DNA of 49,891 bases, counting the filler, from Bipalium vagum (taxonomy: Eukaryota): the NCBI GenBank assembly GCA_037834085.1. It is 3 parts of 3 records of this genome, joined end to end, with 100 filler letters (N's around TTAATTAATTAA, not from the genome) between each part and the next. Parts side by side here need not be neighbours in the genome. Positions count along the whole stretch, not along the records: positions 1 to 15,781 come from JBBMKC010138820.1; positions 15,882 to 32,179 come from JBBMKC010117338.1; 1 more part is not named here. One strand, written 5' to 3'. This document shows positions 1 to 17,611 of this stretch, piece by piece. The notes under the pieces were generated by a model. The model was not told the DNA's origin. It ran no database searches and saw only the letters and a list, made by a program, of their open reading frames with translations. The translations under genes and the position numbers were made by a program. Numbering within the stretch: the stretch's first letter is position 1; each line of letters begins with the position of its first letter.

Positions 1-659
1 ATTAACTTTTCTTTTTTTTTCAGGATAGTTTTATTAAAAGTAATAATTTACGAGTTAATAAGTTGACAAAATAGAATACAAGTTAAAGGGATAATTATAA
101 TTTTTTAAGTTATCAAAATTAATTTAAAAATTAATTAATTTATCAAAATAAAAAAATTTAGGACAACATTTTTTGAAAATTTTAAAAATCAGGCTCAGAT
201 TTTATATTTACTTTATTTAATATTAACATTAATTAATATTTTTAAAAATTAATTAAAGTTCCTAATAAAATGACAAATAGTTTAAGGATATTTTCATTAT
301 AATATTACTTTTTCATATATTAATAAAACATTTAGTTTTTAAGTCTTAAATACTTCTACGTAATTCAGCAGAACTGAAATCAAATTAGTCGTTCTTTAAG
401 TGTGAAAACCATATTTTTTACAACAAAATTAAATTATTTTGTTTTTATTTAATTTTTAATAATTTTTTCAAAATTTTAAAGCTTAAATTTCTGTAAAAAA
501 TCAATTTTTTTAAGCCAATCGACCTGACGAAAATTGATAAATAAAAATGAAAGCAAAAGAGAAATAGGGAATATTAGAAATAAATTAAGCTTCCAGCTAA
601 AGTTAAGGAAGACATATTTTTATTATTTTTTAAAACCACAATACTCATAAAATAATAAG

Positions 660-1140
660 CGACCTCCATGAAACGATTTTATAATGATGGTTATGGAATT
701 GTCATGGTGGTAAATTGCATTATCTGTCTTGATCTGTGTTCAGTTCAGTAATTTTCTGGGCTGTAATTAATCGTATCATAATTCATTTTATTCGAATAAT
801 AAAAGTCAATATCAAGGAGCTTTCTGATGACTGCTTATTCATTGTTCTTTGAAGAAAGTCTTGCTTAAGCTGTTGTCTGGTATGATATATTTTATTACCA
901 ATTTTTTCATTAACTTTTTCTGCTGCTAAGTCTAATTGAGTTAATTAGAAATTTGATAGGGTCTGCTGAAAGATGGCCACTGAAATCCAAACTTGTGTCT
1001 CTCTTTTACTATTTTTCTCTGAGTTATTAGGCAGACACATTCTGTTAAATAACTTTCTATAATGAATCCGTTGGTCATCAGTTTTATTTTATAAACCTGT
1101 ACGACTGAAATTTAAACTTCTTATTTACTTCAGACCTTTC
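660..1140 (-). mobile_element. Highly decayed Tc1/mariner-superfamily transposase-like fragment
   Basis: Broken frames give TDD.., QVWISVAI, YIIPDNS and DIDFYY in roughly the order of IS630/Tc1/mariner catalytic motifs; many stops and frameshifts. Confidence 0.25.
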
Positions 1141-1526
1141 GTAATAATAATAATAATAATAAAATAAATTATTATTATTAAATATTATTATATTTTATAA
1201 ATATTAATAAAATATTTTTAATTAAGAGGAAAAATATTATTATAAATATATTTCAAACTAATTTAACATTTATCTAAGTTAATCTTTCTTGTTCAATGTA
1301 GGATTAACCTAATTGATTTGATGTCTTATTTCTACAATGAAAATTTAGAATAATATTTATTGAAATTTCTCTATTTTGTTTAAATTCTCTCTTTAAAATC
1401 TGTGACCCATTCCGAGAACTCAAACAAAACTACCTGTAAAGAGAAGAAATTAAATGAATAAACTTTTATTTACATGAAACTGAAATAAAATTTGAATATT
1501 ATGTGTAAAAATAAATTTTTAAGGAT

Positions 1527-5984
<4,458 letters not shown>

Positions 5985-6224
5985 GTTATGTGATAGACCT
6001 CTTAACTGTTCCAGGGTTTCCAATTTCGGAATCAAATTTCAAAAAAATATTGATTAATTGATTGGAATGTTTATTTTTCTTCTATCTCTTTTTCCCCAGT
6101 TATTTACTTCAGTTGTTGTTATTATTATTATTATTTTTTATTATTATTATTATTAGCGGCTTCAAATGCTTTGGGATTTCTCTTTTGGATTGTAGATCTA
6201 ATCAAGCGGTAATTCCACAGAGGA

Positions 6225-6625
6225 ACCTGGTCTCCAGAGTACCGAGGTAGCTACGTTCTTTATTTAAATAGGCCGGCACACACAGAGGAACAAGGGATAT
6301 TCATCTGTTTCTATGCTTGTTGCTTCATTGGTTAGAGCCCTGTTGAAATCTCTAGTTCTATTCCCACTGCCCGCATTTCCCTTAACGCTGTGGTTGCATG
6401 CGATCCAATCTCACGGGAATAATAATGGAAATTCACCATTTTGAATTATTAACGAGCCAATCAGACCAATCTTATTCAAAATTGCACACGATTGCTCGAT
6501 ATTGCATCTGTCAATCCAACCAATCACATCGGTCCGATTTTCAATTCATATAAATGTGATGCAACTTTTGTCATTTTTTACATTCTTTTATATATTACAT
6601 TATCAACCAATCACAGCCTCATGAG
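6225..6625 (-). promoter_or_regulatory. Putative COE proximal promoter
   Basis: GC-richer island about 250-640 bp upstream of the ATG. Contains a TATA-like TATTTAAATA (6261-6270), six CCAAT/ATTGG boxes (6327, 6405, 6457, 6466, 6520, 6607), two CATCTG E-boxes (6302, 6505), a COE-like site TCTCACGGGA (6409-6418) and a TALE-like CTGTCAATCC (6508-6517). Confidence 0.55.
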
Positions 6626-8754
6626 TTCATATTTATTTTTATACTATTAATAAAAATAATGATGGTTTTTATCAATGGATTTTGACAACGATCATCTTTT
6701 TTTAATAAATAATACTCAAAATTAGATTTCAGAGGGGGAAGGGAGAAATCGATAACTGGTACTCAAAATTAAATTTATTGTTTTAATGAGACTAGATTTG
6801 AGTTGGATATTTGTTTATATGAATTATCAGTGTTTATTATTTCTGTCAGATACTATTTTATATATTGGTTTTTTAGTTATTTAATTTTTCAATATATGAG
6901 GGAAAAACGGAACCAGAATGAAAATTAAATTCAACCCTCATCATTTTTTACTTCTATCTGGTTTTTTCTTGTCTTCAAAGATTTTTGTTGGAGTCTGCAT
7001 CACGACAGAAATTATTAATCTCTAAAAGTCTCACTTAATAATTCAATACAAGTACATTTTAAATCGATAATTAATATTTAATTAAAAATTACAGAGATGA
7101 TTAAATTTGCATTTGTAAAATTATTTATTTATTTAATTTATTTTATGAATTCTTAAGACTTAATAGTCAAAATCAATTTATGAAACAAAACAGGAATAGA
7201 GAATAATTTTGCGGATTCAAAGAATTAAAGACAATTAAACAACAAATAATAAAGTGACAAAAAATATCAAGTCAATAACGTTGACCTTTTTTAACATATA
7301 AGTTAATTTGTAAAAAATGTTGACCTTTTGATGTTAATTATATAAAAGTTAAAAAATAATTTTAAAAATCTTAAAATTAAAATGGTGAAATATTTATCAT
7401 TTTTAACATATTTTGTTTAAATCATTATAAAAATAATTTTATATTATATTTTTTTTAAAAATTTTTTTTAATTCTCTTATTTCTTCTTTTGTTTTGAGTC
7501 TCCATTTAGATGATTTAATATTTGCTTCCACATTTACTCGATTGGTCTTCAGATTTGGAATTAAAACCTTTTATTCTTTTTGTTTATCTGAGCTGATGGT
7601 GGATTATTCTTATTCTTTTGATATTTTTTGAGTAAGATTAGTGTTGATATTGATGTAATAAATTGAACCAGACAGAAAACTTGCAATTATTCGGCAGAAA
7701 GTTTTAATCCTGGACGGTGATTGGGACAAAAGAGAAAGGATGTAATGAATTAACAAAATGAACAAAAATTAATAATCTTAAAATTTATTTAAATGACTAA
7801 AATGAAAATTTTTAAAATTTATGAGAAAAAACTGTTTTTAAGGGCAAAAATATTTTTTTACTAATTAAACAAAAAAGTAAGAAAAACAAAGATATTAAAA
7901 ATACATATAATTTTTATAATTATTTTTAATTTTATGAAAAATTAAAATATTAAAAAATTAATGTAAGAGTATATTTTAATTTTTACACGTTTATAAGAGA
8001 GGCCATGAAAGGCAATTTTTTAAAAATGGAATTTTGAAATAATAATAAAATATTAATAATTATCAATTATATTAAATAATATTTAAATTTATTTTGTTTT
8101 ATCTTTTTGAATCGATTAAAGATTTTTTTGGAGACTGTTCTCATGGAAAGGTCACACTTAATTTAAATTAAAAATTAAATGGTATATTATTATGGAATTA
8201 ATTTGCATTTTTGCATTGTAAATAATTTAAATTTAATTATTATTATTATTTATAATTATTAATAATAATATAATTATATTTAAATTGTTTATTTTAAAAT
8301 TCTTAAAGCTATAATTCGGGTCAAAATAAAAAAATACTTCATGAAATTTATATTATTTATTATAAATTTAAATGGGTTTTATTACACTTGATATGGTTAT
8401 TTTAATTAATAAATATCATTTAATAAAATTGAAAAAAGTTTAATTAAATTAATTTTTATCCAATTTCTGAAAATGAAAAAAATAAATAGATTAGACAAAA
8501 TAATATTTTACTTTATAGAAGGGTAATTTTATTTTAAATTTAAAATGAATTAATGGAAAATAAAACGAATCTGTTGTTATAAATGCAACATTGCATGACC
8601 AAATAATAAATAAACATTGCATTAAAACAAAACGTGTTTAAAGGATAAATTAAGAATTTAATGAAAATCGTCGTGAACGTTCTAGTTACTTTCTCTTTTA
8701 CAACAGCAATGGACAAATTGCTAATATACAAATATCTGAAACAATGAAGATAAG

Positions 8755-8925
8755 CTCGAGTTTTCTCAAGGGACTTCTTATTTTATAGAGTATATGCTAT
8801 ATGCACAAGCTACAATGTTTACAGCCTTCTATATTGTTTACATCGACTTATTGCTGCAAAAAATCGTTCATAGAATGACCTCAGCAGATCTGAAAGAGAA
8901 TTGTTCAATTTCTCCAGGGAGGGGT
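8755..8925. promoter_or_regulatory. Candidate enhancer with two COE/EBF-type sites
   Basis: TCTCAAGGGA (8764-8773) and TCTCCAGGGA (8911-8920), each one mismatch from the EBF consensus TCCCNNGGGA, in a GC-richer patch about 2.8 kb upstream of COE. Confidence 0.35.
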
Positions 8926-11900
8926 ATTTAAACTGACTTATTCGTGTTCTAGGAAAGCAGTATATTCAATTGTTTCTCAGTTACAATAATGATGATCATT
9001 TAGTACTGGACTAAATTTTATTAATTTATTTATTTATGTTTGTTGACAAAAAATTGGTCAGCAAACTTTATCAGTATAGTATACAGTTTGTCTAAAAATT
9101 CTATATTTTTTAAAGTGTACTTTTTATACAAATAAATTTATTTTAGGCGAGATTTAAAGTGAAAATTAAATTTAATGAATTAATTTATTTATAAATTTCG
9201 TTTCATGCAAATCAAAACTGAATTCCATAATATTATTTAGATCAATAATATAATAATAATATTATTATATTAGATTGAAAATTTTTTTTAAAATTTTAAA
9301 TATATATGGATAAGTAATGAAACATGTTATTTACAAATAATAAAGAAAAATCAATTGATAATGTAATTTTCGATATTATTCATCACTTTTTTCAATCTTT
9401 CCACCAGTTTATCGAAAATCGCAAGATCAACTAGTTTTTAAGGTCCTGTTTTTCAAAAGTAATATCTTTCATTTGGTTAGACAGGTAGCAGAAAAGATAG
9501 AAATCTGTTGGCGGAAGGTTAGGGTAATGTATTGGGTTCTAATAGAACCTAATAGAGTTCTTGCAGGGCGGTTTTGAGGATATTTTCTGTGTTCGGTTTC
9601 ACGTTATCATGGAGAAGAATGACTTTTGCTAGTTTGTACAGTCTTTTCCCTTTTATATTATTGTTTACTCGATACAATCGATTTATATATAGGTGCTTGC
9701 TGATTGTCTTGTTTTCTAGGTCATTTTAAAGTGTATAGGACCGGCCCAATTCTTCCAAATTGAGATCATGATTTTCTTGGAATAGAGATCTTCAAGTTTG
9801 CATACAAACACCATTTCTCATATTATGTAATGATTAAAAGAAGAAACCCGAAGTAAATGTTCTGACCGGAAATGGTGTTTTTGATCAACTTGGCACTGTA
9901 TTTTAAAGCTACAAAATTTAAATTAAATTAAATGACACCTGAAAAACTTTACTTTAATTTTTTATAGAAGAAAAGATTTTTCAAATATATGAAAATAATA
10001 AATAAATATAAAACCGCAAAAGAAAACCATAAAATAAAATTACGAAAATTGTTGCAACCTAATAGATTAATGTATGATTTTTTTAGAACATATAAACAGC
10101 TTAAGGAGCTAAATTAATTATTAATTATTGACATAATAATACATAATATAATAAATAATAATTATTGAAGAATCAGCACAAAAATTACTTTAAAAAAATA
10201 TGAGTGCAGTTAATTTAAAAAAATATTAAATTAATAAATTTTTTTATGCAAATTAAAACAAACCAATTAATAAAATAGGAAAATAATTCGTATTGTTTTA
10301 CTTGAAAATGTCGCCTAAAGTTTATTTTTATTAATTTACAATCTTTTTCAAATAGATTTTTAAAATAATTTTTCTAATATCGATTTTTTTAAAAAGTCTA
10401 AAAATGATATTATTTTTCGCCAAGTGGTAGCAAAATTTTTCTTTAAATTAAGACAGATATTTCCAATTTCTCTCTTTATAATACTAACTAAAAAGTCTGA
10501 AAAGATAAAACATTTTAGAAAATTTGACAGGAAAGATAATGAAGTTTGAAAATGGGTTGTGAATGCCCAAATATGGAAGCCTACAATTGATTTAAGTGCT
10601 GAAATTCATTATTGCCAGTGTGCAGTATAAATATACAGAAAGACCTGTAACAGAAACCCCGCAAGGAAGGTAAATAAACCAAGAAATATTGCGACAAAAA
10701 TACATCCAACTTTATTTTGATTCGTTGAATACATTGATGTTTAAGGTGTATTAATTTTAAAGGCACAGAACAATAAATATATACCTTAAACGTATCTTTA
10801 ATTAATTTTTTTATTTTTCTTGTTAATTTAAAATTAAATTCAATAGAAAATAAATCATTTTGTGCAATACTTTTGGAATTTTAGAAAACCTATATAATAA
10901 ATTATAAGTTTGTCTTGTGGAATTAGTAAATAAAGTAAAAGTATAACAATTTGATTATTTAAAAATTGATATTTCTCTGTTCTCATTACATGATAATACA
11001 TTACATTTTATAAATTAAATAGAAATTTAATATTTTTAATTCACATTAGATCCAAAATTATGATAATGATTTGTTTAAAAATCACAGTGATTTTAAATAT
11101 TTTTCCAGTTACTTTAATATTTATTTTATTATTAAATTTTATTATTGTTATTAAATATTATTAAATATTATTTTCAAAAATATTTATTTAAAGTTTTTGA
11201 TTGATATATTTTTGAATAGAGAAAATAATAATAGAGAAAAATTAAAACTGGACTCTTATTTAACTTAAATATTAATTCATTAATATGAATACACCTTTAA
11301 CCGGAAAGATGGGAGAAAGTCGTGTTCAGTGATGATCAACATTTTGAATGAACAATTTTTATCCATTTGTTATAATAAAGCTGTATTTAATAACTTTTCT
11401 TTTTGTATAATTTTTTTTAAAAAAATACCTTTAAAATTAATGCACACAACTCATAATTAATAGTTAAAAAAATAGTTAAATAAGCGGCTGCCAAGTTTCT
11501 TATCTCCTAGACTTTCATTTCCCATACTGAGCTTAGAAATCACCATTGCCATCTTCGTTCACTAATGGTATGTACTCTGAATGTATCACTTTTCGATTGG
11601 TCCCAGTTGACTTTGAGCTCATAAAAACTCAATTGACATTCCTTTTCGCTTATCACGATTTTCAGAGTCTAAACGAAATGGAAAATTTAAACAAAATTTT
11701 ACATTTCTTTGTATAAACAGAAATATAAATTTGAGCTTGATATAATATTCTTTATATGTAAAAACAATAATACAAAAACATTCAATCAATACATATAGTG
11801 TGTCTCATAAATACTTGTGAATTCTAAAAAGTAATAATTAATTAGTTAATTAATTAACGATATTTATGGTAATTATAATTAAAAGCAGAACAAGAGGGGT

Positions 11901-12038
11901 TTACTCAAAAAAAGCAGATTTACTCAAAATGTATTTCCATTATTTTCCATACATAATGCACATCTTTCTAGTATTGAATTTACTCAATTGGTTAGAAGTA
12001 TTTGACATGAGTTTCCACCATATCCTTATAACTGAATT

Positions 12039-12071
<33 letters not shown>

Positions 12072-13446
12072 AAATTTTCATAATAACATTATAAATATTA
12101 AAATTCCTTTTTGCATGAGCCACTAATTTTCAACAAACTATTTTAAATACTTCTTAAGTAAATTTTTGTATTTTAAAAATAAGATTATTTATAAAAGAAT
12201 TTCGTTAATATAAATAATAATTAAAATAAAATTTAAGAACAAAGTGACTTTGTGGCTTAATCACAAATAGGAAAAGGTAAAATTAATTTATAAAAAATTG
12301 AATCATTATAATTTAATATTATACACATGACAAAAGGATTTGGCACGATAAATTTTGAATAACAATTTCAATATTTAATATGAAAACCTTTATTTATTTT
12401 TATAAAAAATATTTTATCTTTATCTCAAAGCAAAAAAAAGGAGAAAAAATATTTTATTTTCTTGCATTCATCAATTTGATTTAAGATAATCTTCAATATT
12501 ATCTGAATGATTGAAATTGAGCGGTCCGTTAGTGGATGTTGCTTAACGTTGGATTTCTAGTTAATATAAACCATAAATAAAGGAATTAAACGTTGGGAAA
12601 CTGTAATTATGGCATAATTCTGTAGAAGCCATCTAATTTATTTTATTATTATTACGAGTTTAATGTGAAGATGATAGTCGATTTATGAGCAGAACGATGG
12701 CAGTCAATAATGGGTTGATTAGTATGGAACAAGTTCGTCAAGATGGTACTTGAAAAATCAAAACATGAATTTCCAGTGGCCGTTCTTCGATGCTAATGAT
12801 GTTTAATTACTGATTTTGGCTTAAGTAGCTCAGATTGATAATTTCTGGTATTTGTTTTTTTTACAGATCATTTTCATTAGTCTTCATAATATGTCTGAAC
12901 ATAAAGCGAATTTTATAATTATGTTCTGATTTCGATGAAATTCTCCAAATTCCAAGATTTACAACAAACTGTTGATAATCCTGTTGGAGAACGAATAATT
13001 ATCCCAAGTCTAGACCTGATGGGATTTAGGAAACGGATTATTTTACAAGCGAAGTTTGAATCATTTAAACAAGACAAAGTATTTGCAACAGATTTAAACA
13101 AAAATATTAATTCTGAAAATGGAGACTTCATCTTATGTAATGATGCAGAGAAAAATGAAATTTAAGGTTACACTGTTTTCAACGTAATATATATCAATGT
13201 GAAAGAAATGAGGAGATCGTTTCTTTTTCCTCTAAAACGAGTGTAAAGTCAATATCCAAGTTGATTAATTTTTTTACATCAGATAATTTATGGTGCATCC
13301 TGTTATTTTTACGATTAGGCCAGAATGCAAGAGTTCTGACTGATTAGTGATATCTGGTAATTCCTAAGAGACCTTAGTAACGTTTACTTTTGATACCTAA
13401 AGACATCCTTATAATCGAAACAATTTCAGTTCTTTATTAAAAGAAT

Positions 13447-13449
<3 letters not shown>

Positions 13450-13484
<35 letters not shown>
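13450..13484. repeat. (TA)n microsatellite
   Basis: Read directly. Confidence 0.85.
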
Positions 13485-13489
<5 letters not shown>

Positions 13490-13645
13490 GAAAAAAATGA
13501 TTATTGCATTAATGGTCTTTAATACTGATCTAGGCTTGATTCTCACAACCATCTTTCATTAATTGAAATTAAAATTAAATGAAATTTTATATTTTAGAAT
13601 ATCTTATATTTCTTTATATAAGTATGACCTTTCAACCTATTATAT

Positions 13646-14425
13646 AATGGCTTGGTGAAAATAATTGGCTTTTTACAATTTAGTAGTTTAAATTGTACTT
13701 GTATCAATATTTTTAGAATAATTTTTACATTGTTATATCTAATTTTGAAGCATGTTTCTCCCTTAAAAGCAAGTAGTTAGTTGTTTAAATACATCAATTT
13801 ATTTAAATTTGTTAGCCATTTTAGGAATGCTTTTAAAACGAGAAAAAATAATTTTGTCCGCAAATTTTTCTTAAAGCTGTGGTTTCAACAAGAAAAATAA
13901 GCAAGGCATGGGGTGGTCAAACAGTTTCAAACGAAGTACACGTAGATGATTTTTAAAATTTAGGGCGGGCAATAACAACATCGAGAATGAAAAGGGTGTT
14001 GGACAAACATTAGAAGTTGATGATGCCCAATTGAAAGCAATGATCGAAGTAGACCCAAGGAAAATCATACGAGAAGTTACAAAAAGCATCAACGATCATC
14101 ATAAAACAATTCTGATCACTTGAATACAATTGAAAAGGTTAAGATGATGAACAAATGGATACCACTACCGAAGATCCAAGAAATATGTTTTATAATATTT
14201 GTTCTAGATTCTGCACAAACAAAACGCATCGTATCTTGATCATATAAATCATGAAATTGTTGTTGACGTTAACCGGCGATGATCTGCTCAATGGTTGGAT
14301 CATGCCTCCAACAATATCCAAATCCAATGTCGCACCAAAATAAGGTTATGATGTTCATTTGGTGATCTGACTCTGGTCTCATTCTTCAAAGCTTTCTAAA
14401 ATCTGGTGATAGTATACTGCCAGGA
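13646..14425 (+). mobile_element. Decayed mariner (Hsmar1/cecropia-like) transposon, 5' two thirds
   Basis: TIR-like ATGGCTTGGTGAAAATAATTGGCTTTT. Broken translation: FLKFRAGNNNIENEKGVGQTLEVDDAQLKAMIEVDPRKIIREV...HLNTIEKVKMMNKWIP...SAQWLDH...HQNKVMMFIW*SDSGLILQSFLKSGDSI, resembling Hsmar1/SETMAR transposase. Confidence 0.85.
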
Positions 14426-15629
14426 AGTTAATAGGTTAATATAATTTCCATAATGAAAAATTATTAGACAATATTTAAATTCGACCCATTTTAAACAAAA
14501 ATAAAATCAATAAATTCACAAATTTAATTTTCCAAAACTGCAAAATTTTGATGACTTTTTTAAATATTTGATTTCTTTTATTTCAATCTTTATTAAAATG
14601 TAGAAATTCGCAAAAAAATAATCAGTAGTATATAAACGTTAAACAAAAAGTAATACAAGGGAGCAAACTTAAACAAATAATGAAAATAAATAAAATTAAT
14701 TTAAGATATAAACCAATATTAAAAATATATAAAATATAAATAAAATTGATTTCCTAAATCATTTTTATAGCTGAAATCAAATAAAATAAGATAAATTAAA
14801 ATAATAAAAGGTCTGCAAAAATATTTAAAATTTAATTTTTTATTTTTCACTACAACTTTTTGTTTAATAAATTTATTAATGAAAAATATTATTTTTGTGA
14901 AATATTTTGCCTCCTGTAATATATTTATGACATACTTTACAATATTAAATATTTTATAATGTTAATTTTAATGTTGATGAAATAATAATTATCATAATAA
15001 TAACCATCTAAAATGAAGGTCTAAATAATATAAGACCTAAATTATTTATTTATTTTTATTTTATACCTATTTTATTTTCAAAGAAAATAAAAATCTCGTA
15101 AATAATAGATCTCCTATTTTCAATTAATAATATCATGTTAATATTATTTAACATTAAAAATGGGATCAGACTTACAAAATGTATACCCCTGCTCAGCTGT
15201 CGCACGACGAGTAAAGGTTAGGTTTATAAGTGAATTTAGATTACCATGAGTTGATGTTAATTTATTTTTAAAGGAGTCCATATAAAAGTTTATAATAATT
15301 AATAAAGTTGTCAATATTTTCCTAACAGTTTTAGAATATTATTGATAGTTTTACTATTTATATTTTATTTTTAAAAGATTTAGTTAGTTACTTTTAATAG
15401 ACTGTTCAAAATAAATTTTTTTCTTTTAACATTGAATTTTGAATGCATATATTTTAATGAAACAAAACATAATTAATCAAAATAAGAACCATTCTCTTCA
15501 AAACACTTTAGGCAACATGATAATATTTTATTTATTCCCGTTAAGAAATTTTTATTTTCTGTTGTTTTAATTATATGGTATTAACATGTATTTTGAAAAT
15601 TGTGACGAAAATATGTTAAATTATTTCTC

Positions 15630-15687
<58 letters not shown>
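15630..15687. repeat. (AAT)n microsatellite
   Basis: About 19 units. Confidence 0.9.
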
Positions 15688-15781
15688 TAGTGTCCTTATA
15701 AAAAATAATAAATCAAGTAAGAACACTCTTTTTTTCAAGCTATATTTCTTAATACATGTTTTACAAAGAAAATTATTATTA

Positions 15782-15881
15782 NNNNNNNNNNNNNNNNNNN
15801 NNNNNNNNNNNNNNNNNNNNNNNNNTTAATTAATTAANNNNNNNNNNNNNNNNNNNNNNNNNNNNNNNNNNNNNNNNNNNN
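15782..15881. other. Artificial 100-nt scaffolding spacer N44-TTAATTAATTAA-N44
   Basis: Exactly 44 N + a six-frame-stop 12-mer (15826-15837) + 44 N; identical structure at 32180-32279. Confidence 0.92.
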
Positions 15882-16494
15882 TTATATATATTCACAATAA
15901 TATTATAAGGAAAGCAAGAGAAATATAATATATTCGCTTCATTTTATTTTATGTACATGGCAAATATTGAAATAAAAATGTATCATGTCAATTCAGAATA
16001 AAAAAGGTCGAGGAATTTTAAATATATTACATCATTAACAGTCGAATAATCTAATATCTCCAAATAATTCATCTCTATTTTGTCACGGAATATTTTGCTT
16101 GCTATTTCGTTTGGTTCATTGTTCATTTTTATAAAATTGATAAGAAAATTATGGTTTCAGATCTGTACGTAATTGGATCACAGGGTCAAATTAATTAACA
16201 GGGTCTCTGGTGACAGTTTCCCTCGTGATACCAATGCAGCAACCACTAGTTGATATAGTTTAGGACACTGTCTCATAACATTATGAGAAACTTTATTTTT
16301 ATTCAATTGTTTAAGGGTTTTCAAGATACCTTGTCCAAACATCATGTGCAAAAATTTACGGATCGTCATGAAATCAGTCAAAATTTAATTGAAAAATATA
16401 ATTTCTTCATGTATGATCACATTTGGGGAAATTGAAATTATAAATTTAATAGTATAAAATTATTATTTCAGTTTAGTAAGTCCATAAATGATAA

Positions 16495-17115
16495 AGATGG
16501 GAAGAAAAACGATTCGATTTCACAGGGAAATAAAAAAGATGAGTTAAAGAACAAAAAATATTTTTTCAACAGAGGTTATAGTCTTTAAGAAACAATAGAA
16601 AATCTTTGGATCACGAGATCTGAAAGTAATATCAATTACAGTGAAAACGAGGAATTATTTAAGAATTAATACCTCAACGCACGTAATATTTCAAGCTAAT
16701 ATCGTGTACCAATTGTCATAGATTTAATATCATATAGATAGGATGAATACAATGTCACTTTAGATCAGAATTGTGTTGTTCAAGAAAGTTAGCGCAAAAT
16801 AATTCCGATTAATTATGATAAATTTTGATAATATCGATGATGGAAAGATAAATGAATCATTATTAATAAAAGTGTGGCAACCCGAGATTAATATTCAAAT
16901 ATCAGAAGGTAAAACTCAATGGATTGTCAGTCTGTTCTCTGATTAAGTTAAAATATTATTAAAAAAAGAGATCATTCATAATTGTAATCAACCAGAAATT
17001 GATTAAATATTTTACCTAAGAATTTTACGATCATTGAATCGATTTAAATGTTTAATATCAAACTTTAATATCTGAAGAAGAACTAATAAAAAGTTCGAAC
17101 CATGTTTCATAATAA
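16495..17115 (+). mobile_element. Decayed Penelope-like retroelement 3' part (RT C-terminus + GIY-YIG) ending in a hammerhead core
   Basis: Broken frames DELK..KYFFNRGYSL (PLE FxxNGYP motif), FQANIVYQLS and NIDDGKINESLLIKVWQPEINIQ; homologous to the 19150-19560 copy. Confidence 0.7.
17068..17112 (+). ncRNA. Minimal type I hammerhead ribozyme core (Penelope pLTR type), probably mutated
   Basis: CTGAAGA (17072-17078), A, stem II GAACT (17080-84)/AGTTC (17092-96), GAAC (consensus GAAA), then CATGTT (near-palindromic ACATGT helix III). Lies directly 3' of a Penelope GIY-YIG relic. Confidence 0.55.
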
Positions 17116-17611
17116 TAAATTTTGAAAAAATTTTGTCAATTAATAAAATAAATTGATTATGCTCACAAAATTAAATAAATCAATAAAATATTTATATCGT
17201 AAAGTTACGTAACATTACATTAGTTAAGCTTTTATGCTATCATTTCAAATTTGTGGAATAAGAGTTTCTGTTTTAAAATAATCGAGCAATATTACAATTT
17301 TCAAAAAATATCATAATGAATAAAAACAAAAAAATAATTTAAGGAGTTAAAAGACTTGGTATCAAACAGCTTCATCTTTTTGTTCTGCTGATAAATATGG
17401 ATTTCCTTTTAAAAGGAAAACGTTTATTATCAATGTTTTATACATTGTATTACTAATCTCTTATATCTTTGTCGTTAGAATATAATTTCTGGAATGAATA
17501 ATATATACATTTATTTTATTTGGTATGGTATAATAATAGTTAGAAAAAGAAATTTTATATATTATTATATAATATTATATTATATATTATATTATATATT
17601 ATTTTATATTA

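Noticed and set aside
1040-1085. CTGATGA...GAAA hammerhead candidates (minus strand 1081; also 524, 825, 38235 minus, 48890)
   Set aside because: No stem II between the boxes.
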